A DNA stretch of 64,000 bases from an uncultured Alphaproteobacteria bacterium (lineage in GTDB: Bacteria; Pseudomonadota; Alphaproteobacteria; HIMB59; GCA-002718135), in the NCBI GenBank assembly GCA_902616075.1, contig CACMRK010000002.1, positions 68,936-132,935 of the forward strand, written 5' to 3'. The notes below the pieces were generated by a model. The model was not told where the DNA came from. It did no database searches and saw only the letters and a program-made list of their open reading frames with translations. Positions 43,641 through 55,172 of this stretch are shown here, piece by piece. Positions within the stretch are counted from its first letter, which is position 1; the number at the start of each line of letters is the position of its first letter. The position numbers and the translations under genes are program-made.

Positions 43641-45314
43641 ATGTCAGATATTGAAATAGCAAGAAAAGCTAAAATGAAGCCTATTAGTGAAATTCTTAAA
43701 GGGCTTGATGTACCAGACACACCTGAAGCCTTCAGTCCTATGGGTCGTCATATAGCAAAAATAAACTTGGAGTACATAGAGTCACTTAATAAAAATAAAG
43801 ATGGTAAACTTGTTCTGGTCTCAGCAATAACTCCAACGCCAGCAGGAGAAGGTAAAACAACAACTTCTGTTGGATTAAGTGATGGTCTTAATAAACTAGG
43901 AAAGAAATCAATAGTTTGTTTAAGAGAGCCGAGTCTTGGACCATCATTCGGTATGAAAGGTGGTGCAGCTGGTGGAGGCTATGCTCAAGTAGTACCAATG
44001 GAGCAAATTAATTTACATTTTACTGGAGATTTTCATGCAATTACATCCGCTCATAATTTACTTTCTGCATTGATTGATAATCATATCTACTGGGGAAATA
44101 AATTAAATATTGATGTTAGAAGGGTTGTTTGGAAGAGAGTAATGGATATGAATGATAGATCACTTAGATCTATTGTTGTTGATTTAGGAGGAGTTGCAAA
44201 TGGATATCCTAGGCAAGATGGTTTTGATATTACTGTTGCATCAGAGATAATGGCAATTTTCTGCTTAGCAAAAGATTTAAAAGATCTTGAAGAGAGAATT
44301 GGAAATATAACGATTGCTTATACACGAGACAAAAAAGCTATTTATGCAAAAGATTTAAAGGCAGAAGGTCCAATGACTGTATTATTAAAAGATGCCATTA
44401 GGCCCAACATAACACAAACGTTAGAAAATAATCCTGCTATAATTCATGGTGGGCCATTTGCAAACATTGCTCATGGTTGCAATTCTGTAATTGCAACTAA
44501 AGCTAGTTTAAAATTAAGTGATTACGTTGTAACTGAAGCAGGCTTTGGAGCTGATCTAGGGGCAGAAAAATTCCTTGATATAAAATGTAGAAAATCAAAT
44601 TTAAAACCTGATTGTGTGGTTTTGGTAGCTACAATTAGAGCACTAAAAATGCATGGCGATGTTTCAAAAGAAGATTTAAAAAATGAAAATGTAAATGCTC
44701 TTAAAAAAGGTTTAGTAAATCTAGAAAGACACATTAATAATGTTAGAAAATTTGGATTACCTGTAACTGTTGCTATTAATCATTTTGTCACTGATTCTAA
44801 AGCTGAAGTTGATGCCGTTCTAAGTTTTTGTACAACTCAAGGAGTCAAGGCTTCTATGTGTACTCACTGGTCCGATGGTGGTGATGGTGCAACTGAATTA
44901 GCTCAAAATGTAATTGATATTTGTGAAGATAATAAGAATACATTTAAATTTTTATATGAAGATGATTTAACTCTATTCAAAAAAATAGAAAAAATTGCAC
45001 AAGAGATTTATCACGCAAGTGAAGTTGTGGCAGATACGAAAGTACGTCAACAATTGAAGGATTTTGAAACTAAAGGATTTGGCAAATTACCTGTTTGCAT
45101 TGCAAAGACTCAATATAGTTTTTCAACTGACCCTAATTTAAAAGGTGCTCCTACTGGCCACGTTTTACCTATTAGAGAGGTAAGATTGTCATCAGGAGCA
45201 GAATTTATAGTAGTTGTTTGCGGTGATATTATGACCATGCCGGGTCTACCAAGTGTTCCTGCGGCAAATTCGATAAAGCTAAATGACCATGGAGAAATTG
45301 AAGGTCTTTTTTAA
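43641..45314 (+). CDS. fhs: Formate-tetrahydrofolate ligase
   Basis: [34 protein letters not shown]; AGGAG ribosome-binding site. Confidence 0.98.
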   Translation: MSDIEIARKAKMKPISEILKGLDVPDTPEAFSPMGRHIAKINLEYIESLNKNKDGKLVLVSAITPTPAGEGKTTTSVGLSDGLNKLGKKSIVCLREPSLGPSFGMKGGAAGGGYAQVVPMEQINLHFTGDFHAITSAHNLLSALIDNHIYWGNKLNIDVRRVVWKRVMDMNDRSLRSIVVDLGGVANGYPRQDGFDITVASEIMAIFCLAKDLKDLEERIGNITIAYTRDKKAIYAKDLKAEGPMTVLLKDAIRPNITQTLENNPAIIHGGPFANIAHGCNSVIATKASLKLSDYVVTEAGFGADLGAEKFLDIKCRKSNLKPDCVVLVATIRALKMHGDVSKEDLKNENVNALKKGLVNLERHINNVRKFGLPVTVAINHFVTDSKAEVDAVLSFCTTQGVKASMCTHWSDGGDGATELAQNVIDICEDNKNTFKFLYEDDLTLFKKIEKIAQEIYHASEVVADTKVRQQLKDFETKGFGKLPVCIAKTQYSFSTDPNLKGAPTGHVLPIREVRLSSGAEFIVVVCGDIMTMPGLPSVPAANSIKLNDHGEIEGLF

Positions 45315-45334
45315 AACTGCTATAAAGAGTTATA

Positions 45335-46594
45335 ATGTTTAATAAAAATAAATACTCATTTCTATCTATTGCTAGAAATGCTTTAAATCATCATGAGAAT
45401 TGGCAAAAGACCTGGAATAGTCCTGAGCCAAAAAAAAGTTATGATGCAATAATCGTCGGTGGTGGTGGACACGGTTTAACTACTGCTTACTATTTAGCAA
45501 AAAACCATGGAATTAATAATATTGCAGTAATTGAAAAAGGTTGGATAGGCGGTGGGAATACAGGGCGAAATACCACTATAATTAGATCAAACTATTTATG
45601 GGATCAAAGTGCAGCTTTATATGAGCATGCATTAAAACTTTGGGAAGGTATGTCTCAAGAATTAAATTACAACGTAATGTTTTCTCAAAGAGGGGTTTTG
45701 AATGTTGCTCATAATCTTCATGATGTAAGAGAATTAAAAAGACGGTGGCATGCAAACAGACTAAATGATATTGATTGTGAATGGCTTGATACAAATAAAG
45801 TTAAAGAATTTTGTCCAATAATAAATACTTCACCAAACATTAGATATCCTGTTTTAGGAGCAACGCTGCAAAGAAGAGCAGGAACTGCAAGACATGATGC
45901 TGTTGCATGGGGTTATGCAAGAGGAGCTGATGAAATGGGAGTTGATATAATTCAAAATTGTGAAGTAACTGGTATTAATGTAAAAAATGGAAATGTAACT
46001 GGTATTGAAACAACAAAAGGAACCATTAATTCAAATAAAATTGGAATAGCTGCTGCAGGGCATACCAGTGTTATTGCCAATATGGCGGGTATCAAATTAC
46101 CTTTAGAGAGTAAACCATTACAAGCACTAGTTTCAGAGCCAGTAAAACCAGTCATTGATACCGTAGTAATGTCAAATACAATTCATGCGTATGTATCTCA
46201 GTCAGATAAAGGAGAACTAGTTATTGGTGCTGGAACAGATGCATACACTTCATATACTCAAAGAGGTGGCTTTAACATTGTTGAAGATACATTAATGGCA
46301 ATAGTTGAATTGTTTCCAATATTTTCTAGAATGAAAATGCTTCGTCATTGGGGAGGAATTGTAGATATTTGTCCTGATGCAAGCCCCATTATCAGTAAGA
46401 CTCACATAAACGGATTATATTTTAATTGTGGTTGGGGAACTGGTGGTTTTAAAGCAACACCAGGTTCAGGTTGGGTATTTGCTCACACTATAGCTAATGA
46501 TCAAGCACATGAATTAAATGCTCCTTTTACAATAAATAGATTTTCTAGTGGTGAATTAGTTGATGAACATGGTGCAGCTGCCGTAGCACATTAA
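45335..46594 (+). CDS. soxB: Heterotetrameric sarcosine oxidase beta subunit
   Basis: [47 protein letters not shown]. Confidence 0.95.
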   Translation: MFNKNKYSFLSIARNALNHHENWQKTWNSPEPKKSYDAIIVGGGGHGLTTAYYLAKNHGINNIAVIEKGWIGGGNTGRNTTIIRSNYLWDQSAALYEHALKLWEGMSQELNYNVMFSQRGVLNVAHNLHDVRELKRRWHANRLNDIDCEWLDTNKVKEFCPIINTSPNIRYPVLGATLQRRAGTARHDAVAWGYARGADEMGVDIIQNCEVTGINVKNGNVTGIETTKGTINSNKIGIAAAGHTSVIANMAGIKLPLESKPLQALVSEPVKPVIDTVVMSNTIHAYVSQSDKGELVIGAGTDAYTSYTQRGGFNIVEDTLMAIVELFPIFSRMKMLRHWGGIVDICPDASPIISKTHINGLYFNCGWGTGGFKATPGSGWVFAHTIANDQAHELNAPFTINRFSSGELVDEHGAAAVAH

Positions 46595-46597
46595 ATC

Positions 46598-46954
46598 ATG
46601 TTTTTAATAAATTGCCCATACTGTGGAGAAAGAGATCAAGCTGAATTTTCTTGTGGAGGTGAAGCGCATATTACAAGACCAAAAAATCCTCCTGAACTCT
46701 CTGATGATCAATGGGCAGAATATTTATTCTTGCGAAAGAACGAAAAAGGTATTCATTATGAAAGATGGAACCATGAATATGGATGCAGACAATGGTTTAA
46801 TTTAGCAAGAAATACTGCAACCGATGAAATTCTTGCAGTATATAAGATGGGAGAAGCTCCTCCCATATTAAAAGCAAATATTCCAGCTACTCCTTCAGGT
46901 GAGCCAAGTATTGGATCAGGGAATTTATCAACATCGAAAAAAGATAGGTTTTAA
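46598..46954 (+). CDS. soxD: Sarcosine oxidase delta subunit
   Basis: CPYCGER..EF..GGEAH..RP, W.H..GC zinc site. Confidence 0.95.
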   Translation: MFLINCPYCGERDQAEFSCGGEAHITRPKNPPELSDDQWAEYLFLRKNEKGIHYERWNHEYGCRQWFNLARNTATDEILAVYKMGEAPPILKANIPATPSGEPSIGSGNLSTSKKDRF

Positions 46955-46962
46955 AAATAAAG

Positions 46963-49953
46963 ATGCGATACAAAAATAATAAAAATCTAGAAAATAATAA
47001 GTCTATTAGGTTCTATTTTGATAATAAAGAATATTTTGGATTTGAAGGTGACACCCTAGCTTCTGCACTTCTTGCAAATGATGTTCACTTAGTTGGAAGA
47101 AGTTTTAAATATCATCGACCGCGGGGTATTTATACCGCAGGTAGTGAAGAACCTAATGGAATAGTTCAGCTTGAGACCAAAGAATATACCGAACCTAATA
47201 GAAGAGTAACTGAAGTCCAGATATATGATGGATTAAAAGCTTTTAGTCAAAATAATTGGCCGTCAGTGAAATTTGATGCTGGCGCTATAAATGATTTACT
47301 ATCCCCATTTTTTCCTGCAGGATTTTATTACAAGACCTTTATGTGGCCGCCAAAGTTTTGGAAAGCATATGAGTTTTTTATAAGACACGCAGCAGGACTT
47401 GGTAAATCTCCAAAAAAAGATGATCCCCACAAATACGAACATTTTCATTATCATTGCGATGTTTTAATTGTTGGAGCAGGAGTGAGTGGATTAATTTCAG
47501 CAGAAATTGCAGCGAATAAAAATTATAAAGTTTTATTAGTTGAGCAAGAAGAGGATCTCGGTGGTGAAATTTTATCTACAAAAAATCAAGACATTAAAAT
47601 TGATAATTTACCGATTAATGAATGGAAATATAAATTAGTTGATAAACTTTCTAAAAATTCAAATGTAAAAATAGTTAAAAATACAACTTGTTTTGCATAC
47701 TTGAATTATAATTTATTACTAGCAGTGCAAGAAATTGATCCAGAAAAAGGTTTAAATAAAAAAAATGATATTAAAGAAAGAATTTGGAAAATTAGATCAA
47801 AGAAAGTTATTTTAGCAACTGGCGCAATTGAACGACCAATAATATTTAACAATAATGACAGGCCTGGAATTATGCTTTCTAACAGTGCGAAAAAATACTT
47901 AAATAAGTATGGAGTTGCACCTGGAAAAAATTTAGTTTTTTTTACAAACAATGATAGTGCCTATGAAACTGCAATAGATTTTTTTGAACAAGGTATAAAA
48001 GTAGAGGCTATTGTTGATACAAGAGATAGTAGTGATGGATATTATCCTAAAAAAGCAAATAAATTAGGTATTACTATACTAAAAGGTTATGAAATTAGTG
48101 ATACTGTTGGAAGATTAAAAATTAGAGAAGTTAAATTAAGAAAAATAAAAACTGAAAACAATAATGAAAAATCTTCTATTAATATTAAATGCGATCTTTT
48201 AGCAATTGCTGGTGGTTGGACTCCTACTGTTCATTTATTTACTCAATCAAAAGGAAAACTCAAATTTAGAGATGTAGATGGAAGTTTTATTCCTAGTGAA
48301 GTTTATCAAGATACATTGTGTGTTGGAAGTTGCAATGGTAATTATAATTTAAATGAAATATTATTAAAAACTCAAGAAGATACATATAAATATTTAAATG
48401 ATAATCAGCAAAATGAACTTAGCGAAGTAAACTATAAATCAGATGATCTAAAGCACAGCAAACACGAAAATGTTTGGATTACATCAAAGAACAATATCTC
48501 ACGAACAAAAATGTTTGTAGATTTTCAAAACGATGTAACGGCAAAAGATATTAAATTAGCTTTAAAAGAGGGTTTTCAATCCATTGAGCATGTCAAACGT
48601 TATACAACTACAGGAATGGCAACTGATCAAGGTAAGACCAGTAATGTTAATGCACTTGGAATAATATCAGAATTAACAAATACTGAAATTTCTGAATTAG
48701 GTACTACAACATTTCGTTTACCCTATAAGCCAGTAACATTTGGAGCAATTGCTGGACGTCATGTTAAAGAATTTTTTGATTTAGAGAGAACAAGCCCAAT
48801 GCATCAATGGCATATTGATAATAAAGCTTTATTTGAGGATGTAGGTCAATGGAAAAGAGCCTGGTATTATCCTCAAAGGAATGAAAATTTTCAGTCTGCT
48901 TTAAATAGAGAAGTAAAAGCAACTAGAGATAGTCTAGGGATATTAGATGCATCAACGCTTGGTAAAATAGATATTAAGGGAAGAGATGTTAGCGAATTCT
49001 TAAATAGAATTTACACAAATTCTTGGTCAAAATTAGAAATTGGAAAATGTCGATATGGTGTAATGTTAGGTGACGATGGGATGGTTATTGATGATGGTGT
49101 AACAACTAGATTAGACGAGTATCATTATCTCATGTCAACAACTACAGGAAATGCGGCATCAGTAATGTCGAAATTAGAAGATTGGTTACAAACTGAATGG
49201 CCAGAATTAGATGTATATTTAACATCAGTGACAGAAAACTATGGAACGATAAGCTTAAACGGTCCAAATTCAAAAAAATTAATGCAAAAGTTAGTTCCAG
49301 ATTTTGATTTTTCAAAAGAAAATTTTCCTCATATGAGTTTTAAAAATATTAATATTGACGGAATAAAGTGTAGAGTTATGCGTATAAGTTTTACAGGGGA
49401 GATGTGTTACGAAATAAATGTTCCATCTGGCTATGCTAAAAATCTTTGGGAACTTTGTATAGATAAAGGTAAAGAATTTAATATTACTCCGTATGGAACT
49501 GAAGCGATGCATGTACTTCGTGCTGAAAAAGGTTTTATCATTGTTGGTCAAGAAACAGATGGATCAGTGACACCAATAGATCTGGATATGGACTGGATCG
49601 TTAGTAAGAAGAAATATGATTTTATTGGTAAAAGAGCGTTATATAGAAGTGATACTATTAAAAAAGATAGGAAACAATTGGTTGGATTAAAAACTAAAGA
49701 TCCAAATAAAGTTCTTGAAGAAGGATCTCAATTGGTTGAAGAAATAACTGCCCTACCTATGAAAATGGTTGGTCACGTGACCTCTAGTTACTATTCACCT
49801 AATTTAAAAAGTTCTTTTGCTTTAGCTTTAATTAAAGGTGGTCTTGAAAAAAAAGGAAGAGTTTTAATTGCTCCAATGGAAAATGAAAATATTGAGGTAG
49901 AAATAACCAGTCCAATATTTATTGATCCTGAGAATCAAAGAGTTAATCAATGA
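46963..49953 (+). CDS. soxA: Sarcosine oxidase alpha subunit
   Basis: GDTLASALLAN, RSFKYHRPRG, KRYTT.GM..DQGK, C-terminal GcvT-like folate domain. Confidence 0.95.
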   Translation: MRYKNNKNLENNKSIRFYFDNKEYFGFEGDTLASALLANDVHLVGRSFKYHRPRGIYTAGSEEPNGIVQLETKEYTEPNRRVTEVQIYDGLKAFSQNNWPSVKFDAGAINDLLSPFFPAGFYYKTFMWPPKFWKAYEFFIRHAAGLGKSPKKDDPHKYEHFHYHCDVLIVGAGVSGLISAEIAANKNYKVLLVEQEEDLGGEILSTKNQDIKIDNLPINEWKYKLVDKLSKNSNVKIVKNTTCFAYLNYNLLLAVQEIDPEKGLNKKNDIKERIWKIRSKKVILATGAIERPIIFNNNDRPGIMLSNSAKKYLNKYGVAPGKNLVFFTNNDSAYETAIDFFEQGIKVEAIVDTRDSSDGYYPKKANKLGITILKGYEISDTVGRLKIREVKLRKIKTENNNEKSSINIKCDLLAIAGGWTPTVHLFTQSKGKLKFRDVDGSFIPSEVYQDTLCVGSCNGNYNLNEILLKTQEDTYKYLNDNQQNELSEVNYKSDDLKHSKHENVWITSKNNISRTKMFVDFQNDVTAKDIKLALKEGFQSIEHVKRYTTTGMATDQGKTSNVNALGIISELTNTEISELGTTTFRLPYKPVTFGAIAGRHVKEFFDLERTSPMHQWHIDNKALFEDVGQWKRAWYYPQRNENFQSALNREVKATRDSLGILDASTLGKIDIKGRDVSEFLNRIYTNSWSKLEIGKCRYGVMLGDDGMVIDDGVTTRLDEYHYLMSTTTGNAASVMSKLEDWLQTEWPELDVYLTSVTENYGTISLNGPNSKKLMQKLVPDFDFSKENFPHMSFKNINIDGIKCRVMRISFTGEMCYEINVPSGYAKNLWELCIDKGKEFNITPYGTEAMHVLRAEKGFIIVGQETDGSVTPIDLDMDWIVSKKKYDFIGKRALYRSDTIKKDRKQLVGLKTKDPNKVLEEGSQLVEEITALPMKMVGHVTSSYYSPNLKSSFALALIKGGLEKKGRVLIAPMENENIEVEITSPIFIDPENQRVNQ

Positions 49954-50525
49954 GTTTAACTTACAGTAATGTTTTGAATATAAATAAAAAAAATTACAAT
50001 GGAGTAATAATAGAAGAAAGAGTTTTATCAGGTAAAATAAATATACGAGGTAAAAGTTCAGATAAAGAATTTATGAAAAATATAGGCTCAGTATTAAACC
50101 TGGTTTTACCAATTGAGCCAAATGTAAGAATTTTTAATAATAATATTAGTATTATGTGGCTTGGTCCTAATGAATGGTTAGTAGAAACACCAGAAAATGA
50201 GAAAGATGAAATTATTTCTCTATTAGAGTCTAAACTTAATCCAGAAAAAACAGCAATAACTGATGTTTCATTTAATAAAACTGTTTTACGGCTTGAAGGG
50301 GATAAGGTATTTATTTTACTTTCTAAATTTCTTGTAGCCAACCTAGAAAAAATTTTGGAAACTAATTTTTCTGTAGCTCAAACTATATTTATAAAAATTC
50401 CAATACTTTTTATTAGAAATAATACGGATAAAGAAGAGACTTCACTCGATTTACATTTAAACAGATCACATGCAAAATATGTTTATGATTTATTAGTTGA
50501 TGGTAGTAAAAATCTTAATATTTAA
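49950..50525 (+). CDS. soxG: Sarcosine oxidase gamma subunit
   Basis: KINIRG, WLGPNEWL, TDVS, AQT, RS.A.Y; follows soxA. Confidence 0.9.
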   Translation: MSLTYSNVLNINKKNYNGVIIEERVLSGKINIRGKSSDKEFMKNIGSVLNLVLPIEPNVRIFNNNISIMWLGPNEWLVETPENEKDEIISLLESKLNPEKTAITDVSFNKTVLRLEGDKVFILLSKFLVANLEKILETNFSVAQTIFIKIPILFIRNNTDKEETSLDLHLNRSHAKYVYDLLVDGSKNLNI

Positions 50526-50979
50526 TTTATTTTTTATCTTAATTTCATTAAGCACAGTATCATCTGGCAAAACTATATTTGGAAAAGCAAAAGTAGTTGA
50601 TGGTGATACTATACATATTAAAAAAAATAAAATAAGACTGCATGCTATTGATGCCCCTGAGACAAATCAAACATGTAATAAAAATAGTAAAGTCTGGAAT
50701 TGTGGTGTGGAAGCAACAGAGTTCTTAAAGGATTTAATTGGTAATAATAAAATTGAATGCATCACAAAAGGTAAGGATCGATATAATAGATTTATTGGAA
50801 TCTGCTATAAAGATAATTTAGATTTAAATAGTGAAATGGTTCTGAATGGATGGGCGATAGCTTATCGCTATTATTCAAAAGATTATATTGAAGAAGAAGA
50901 AGAAGCAAAACGAGATAAAAAGGGTATATGGATTGGAGATTTTGAAGAACCTTATTTATTCAGAAAGAAAAATAAATAA
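50500..50979 (+). CDS. Thermonuclease (SNase) family secreted or membrane-anchored nuclease
   Basis: VVDGDT, IRL..IDAPE, DRYNR, MV..GWA, GIW; hydrophobic N-terminus. Confidence 0.9.
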   Translation: MVVKILIFNLFFILISLSTVSSGKTIFGKAKVVDGDTIHIKKNKIRLHAIDAPETNQTCNKNSKVWNCGVEATEFLKDLIGNNKIECITKGKDRYNRFIGICYKDNLDLNSEMVLNGWAIAYRYYSKDYIEEEEEAKRDKKGIWIGDFEEPYLFRKKNK

Positions 50980-51651
50980 TCAACCATGATGTTGGGAATC
51001 TTTTAAATAAATTAAATCTTTTATTTCTTTATCTTTATTTATAATTATTTTTTTTAGTTCATTTAATTCATTTTCAAAACTACGATTTTTTTTTTCAATC
51101 TGTCTAAGTTCTGATTTTAGTATTGAATTTTCAATATTTAATTCTTCCATATCTTTAGTTGACACAGAACTTTCTAATTCTATTTCTAATTTTTGAACAA
51201 GATTTTCATATTTTGATAATTGTTTACTTAATTCAGTTATTTTATTTTCAAGTTTGTTAAGTTTCTCAATATTTTCTGAATTGTTTTCTAAAGAGTTATT
51301 TTCTAAATCTGATATATTGTTAAGAGATTGTTCATAATCATTCTTAATTGTATCGAATGTTTTATTTAAATCACGTATTTCTTCACGTAAGTTTTTTATT
51401 TGATCATCTCTAAACTTTAATCGCTGATCTTTTTGGAATATTTCTAGTTTAAGTTCTTCTATTTCAGATCGTAAACTTGATTCATCAACAACACTGCTAG
51501 GAATGATTTCAATAGGTGGCTCAGTTTGATCAGTTGAAAAATTCATAGAAGGCAAATAGAAAAAAATACCAAAGATAGCTATAATTGAAATGACTAGTAA
51601 GATTCTGTTTCTTCTTCTTCTTCTTGCTTGTAAACCAACAAAACCTACCAT
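50980..51651 (-). CDS. Hypothetical membrane-anchored coiled-coil protein
   Basis: RRRRR basic patch, TM helix, long heptad repeat; start placed at ATG 51651. Confidence 0.7.
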   Translation of the reverse strand: MVGFVGLQARRRRRNRILLVISIIAIFGIFFYLPSMNFSTDQTEPPIEIIPSSVVDESSLRSEIEELKLEIFQKDQRLKFRDDQIKNLREEIRDLNKTFDTIKNDYEQSLNNISDLENNSLENNSENIEKLNKLENKITELSKQLSKYENLVQKLEIELESSVSTKDMEELNIENSILKSELRQIEKKNRSFENELNELKKIIINKDKEIKDLIYLKDSQHHG

Positions 51652-51689
51652 ATGAACTCTATAAAACGGCAAGTGTAAAAAATAAATAT

Positions 51690-52520
51690 TTAATTATTAA
51701 ATTTTGGATCTAAAGAATATGTGGTTGACCTTAAGTACTGAGTAATTTTTTTGATATCACCAATTTTTTCCAGGTTTTCGTAAGGTATAAGTGAACCAAA
51801 GTACATATAGATATCATCACCTATCTTTCTTTTAAGTTCATACATACACAATGAGTATCTAAATGTTTGTCCGATTTTATTAGCAATATGGTAAAGTTGA
51901 CTATTTTGACCGTCAAAAAAAATTGGTAACACAGGGCTTTTAGTTTTAAGAACTAGTTTAGATACCCATTGTTTCCATTCACCATCGTGTGCTTTTGTAT
52001 TTTTTTTTAAGTTTTGTTTAGTTGCTATCGTTCCAGAAGGAAAAAGAACTAGAACGCCTTCATTATGCAAAACTTTTTCGGCTTCTTTACGTGTATTAAT
52101 GTTAGTTAATAGAGCTTCTCTATTTTCATTAAAATCAATTGGTAATATTTTATCTTTTACTGCCTCTGCTTGCCTTAGGACTTTATGTGTAACCATTTTA
52201 TAATCTTGTCTTACTTTTGAAATTGCTGAACATATAGATACGCCATCAGCAACTCCAAAAGCATGATTTGCTATAACAATTAATTTTCCTTTTTTTGGAA
52301 TGTAACTACCGTCCTGAAAATTAGTAATTAAAGTAAAATTTAATTTATCTACTGCATCATCCCAAAAGAGCTCAGGAGGTCTATTTTCAGATAAATATTC
52401 ATCATATAATTTTTTTAATTTTAATTTTCCTGTTAATAATTCAGTAATCTTAATAAATATTTGACCAATAAAATTTACTTCCGCTGTTGCAAAAGTAAAT
52501 ACAATTTTATTTTTATTCAT
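51690..52520 (-). CDS. Lysophospholipid acyltransferase family protein (PlsC-like)
   Basis: ANHAFGVADG (HX4D), LFPSG, VLPIFF.G.NS. Confidence 0.85.
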   Translation of the reverse strand: MNKNKIVFTFATAEVNFIGQIFIKITELLTGKLKLKKLYDEYLSENRPPELFWDDAVDKLNFTLITNFQDGSYIPKKGKLIVIANHAFGVADGVSICSAISKVRQDYKMVTHKVLRQAEAVKDKILPIDFNENREALLTNINTRKEAEKVLHNEGVLVLFPSGTIATKQNLKKNTKAHDGEWKQWVSKLVLKTKSPVLPIFFDGQNSQLYHIANKIGQTFRYSLCMYELKRKIGDDIYMYFGSLIPYENLEKIGDIKKITQYLRSTTYSLDPKFNN

Positions 52521-52566
52521 AATGAAAATGAGTCAATTAAAATAAAATAAGTATTTTCCAAATATA

Positions 52567-54195
52567 TTACATATTTGCATAATTTGGCCCCCCACTACCT
52601 TCAGGTACAACCCAATTTATGTTTTGTGATGGCTCTTTAATATCACATGTTTTACAATGAATACAGTTTTGTGCATTAATTACAAATTTAGGATTTTGAA
52701 TATCTGTCTTATCAACCTCATATACACCAGCAGGACAATATCTTTGAGATGGCTCATCATAAGCATTTAAAGTAAATGTTATTGGCAATTCCTTATCCTT
52801 TAACTGTAAATGCACTGGCTGATCAGCTTCATGGTTAGTTCCAGTCAAATAAACAGAACTGGTTTTATCAAAAGTAAATATTCCATCATATTTTGGATAA
52901 TCTATTTTTTTTGAATCTTTTGCTAATTGTAAAGCTTCATGATCAGCATGTTTGTGTTTTAAAGTAAAAGGAAGCTTACCTCTAAATATTATTTGATCAA
53001 TTCCTGTAAATATTATTGCAGGTATTAGTCCCCAATTAAAACTAGGTTTTACATTTCTTGCAGCGAACAATTCTTTATAGAGCCATGAACGTTTAAAATT
53101 ATCCTCATATGATGCAAGAGGTATAGATTTACTTAAATAATCATTAATTGTTTCAGCAGCTATAATTCCACTTTTCATTGCAGTATGAGAACCTTTAATC
53201 TTTGGCATATTTAAGGTGCCTGCATCGCATCCAACTAGTAATCCACCCGGCATATACATTGTAGGTAAACTTTGAATACCACCTTCAATAAGTGCCCTTG
53301 CTCCATACGCGATACGTTTTCCATTAGTTAGAATTTTCTTAATTGCTGGGTGGGTTTTAAATTTTTGAAATTCGTCATAAGGGGATAAATATGGATTTTG
53401 ATAATCAAGACCGATTACGTATCCTAAAAATATTTGTTTATTTTCAGCATGATAACAAAAACTGCCACCATAAGTTGCATTATCTAATGGCCATCCCGCA
53501 GTATGCATGACAAGACCTTCTTCATGCTGACTTTCATCTACTTCCCAAATTTCTTTAAACCCAATTCCGTATTGTTGTGGTGACTTATCTTTTGATAAAT
53601 TATATTTTTTAATTAATTCTTTTCCTAAATGACCTCTACAACCCTCAGCAAAGACTGTTACTTTAGCGTTAATATTTATTCCTGGTTCAAAACTATCTTT
53701 TTTGTTACCATCTTTATCAATACCCATATCACCAGTTTGTACACCAATTACATGATCATCATCTGAATATAATATTTTAGATGCCGCAAATCCTGGAAAA
53801 ATTTCTACTCCTAAATTTTCAGCCTCACTTGCAAGCCATCTACATAAATTTGCAAGACTAATGATATAATTCTTATGATTTTTTTGTACACTAGGAAGAA
53901 GCCATGTAGGCCAATTTAACGAGCCTTTCTTAGATAAGAATAAAAACTTTTCTTTTGTTACTTTAGTTTTAATTGGTGAGTCTTTACTTCTCCAATCAGG
54001 TATTAATTCATCGAGTGCTCTTGTTTCAAACACATTACCACTTAAAATATGGGCTCCTACCTCTGATCCCTTTTCTAATACACAAACATTAATTTCTGGG
54101 TTCAGCTGTTTTAGTTTAATTGCAGTTGAAAGGCCTGATGGACCAGCACCTACCACTACAACATCATAGTCCATTGACTCACGTTCTACTTCCAT
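52567..54195 (-). CDS. Electron transfer flavoprotein-ubiquinone oxidoreductase
   Basis: GAGPSGL, EKG.EVGAHILSG, CPAGVYE, CIHCKTCDIK 4Fe-4S motif. Confidence 0.96.
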   Translation of the reverse strand: MEVERESMDYDVVVVGAGPSGLSTAIKLKQLNPEINVCVLEKGSEVGAHILSGNVFETRALDELIPDWRSKDSPIKTKVTKEKFLFLSKKGSLNWPTWLLPSVQKNHKNYIISLANLCRWLASEAENLGVEIFPGFAASKILYSDDDHVIGVQTGDMGIDKDGNKKDSFEPGININAKVTVFAEGCRGHLGKELIKKYNLSKDKSPQQYGIGFKEIWEVDESQHEEGLVMHTAGWPLDNATYGGSFCYHAENKQIFLGYVIGLDYQNPYLSPYDEFQKFKTHPAIKKILTNGKRIAYGARALIEGGIQSLPTMYMPGGLLVGCDAGTLNMPKIKGSHTAMKSGIIAAETINDYLSKSIPLASYEDNFKRSWLYKELFAARNVKPSFNWGLIPAIIFTGIDQIIFRGKLPFTLKHKHADHEALQLAKDSKKIDYPKYDGIFTFDKTSSVYLTGTNHEADQPVHLQLKDKELPITFTLNAYDEPSQRYCPAGVYEVDKTDIQNPKFVINAQNCIHCKTCDIKEPSQNINWVVPEGSGGPNYANM

Positions 54196-54218
54196 TTTAT
54201 TTATTGTAATAAATTAAT

Positions 54219-55172
54219 TTATTGTTGAATAGTATTTAATTTATCTAGTTCAGAAGATAATTGAGGCAATGCCTCAAATAAATCAGCGTTTAATCCATAG
54301 TCAGCGACATTAAATATTGGTGCTTCTTCATCTTTATTGATTGCAACAATTACCTTACTTTCTTTCATACCCGCTAAGTGCTGTATTGCACCAGAAATTC
54401 CGACGGCAATATACAAATCTGGGACAACTACTTTGCCAGTTTGCCCAACTTGATAATCATTAGAAACATAACCAGCATCTACAGCAGCACGAGAAGCTCC
54501 AACTGCTGCATTAAGCTTATCTGCTATTTCATTTAAAAGTTTAAAATTTTCGGCGCTTTGTAATCCTCTGCCACCGGATATCACAACTCGAGCAGTACTT
54601 AACTCAGGTCTTTCAGATTGAGATTCTTCTCTATCTATAAATTCAACACTGCCACTATCATTATCAAAAGAAATATTTTCGACCTTTTCTTTTCCACCGC
54701 TAGTTTCTACAGGGTCAAACGATGTTGGTCTTACTGTTACTACTTTAATCTTGTCATTTGATTTAACTGTTGCAATAGCGTTACCAGCATAAATTGGCCT
54801 CATAAAAGTATCAGAACTTATTATTTTTATAACATCACTAACTTGTGCAATATCTAGTTTAACGGCAATTCTAGGAAAGATATTTTTACCAAATGTTGTT
54901 GCAGGTGCCATTATGTGGGAATAATTATTAGCCAAAGATACAACAATAGGCTCAATGTTTTCAGCAATTGGGTTTTTAAGTTTTTCATTATTGGATAAAT
55001 ATACTTTTGAAACTTTTTCACATTTAGAGATATTTTTAGCTAACTCTTCACATTCATACCCTGTTACCAAAACATGGATATCTTGGTCTATTTGCGATGC
55101 TGCAGATATAGTATTTAAGGTTGATGATTTGATATCTATATTATTATGTTCTGCTAATACTAATATTGTCAT
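54219..55172 (-). CDS. etfA: Electron transfer flavoprotein alpha subunit
   Basis: [23 protein letters not shown]. Confidence 0.96.
   Translation of the reverse strand: MTILVLAEHNNIDIKSSTLNTISAASQIDQDIHVLVTGYECEELAKNISKCEKVSKVYLSNNEKLKNPIAENIEPIVVSLANNYSHIMAPATTFGKNIFPRIAVKLDIAQVSDVIKIISSDTFMRPIYAGNAIATVKSNDKIKVVTVRPTSFDPVETSGGKEKVENISFDNDSGSVEFIDREESQSERPELSTARVVISGGRGLQSAENFKLLNEIADKLNAAVGASRAAVDAGYVSNDYQVGQTGKVVVPDLYIAVGISGAIQHLAGMKESKVIVAINKDEEAPIFNVADYGLNADLFEALPQLSSELDKLNTIQQ

Noticed and set aside
45335-50525. Reading soxBDAG as thiosulfate-oxidation sox genes
   Set aside because: The motifs are those of heterotetrameric sarcosine oxidase; the gene names are homonyms.
51608-51626. 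(CTT)n trinucleotide run
   Set aside because: It simply encodes the Arg run of the coiled-coil protein; in frame and too short to suggest phase variation.
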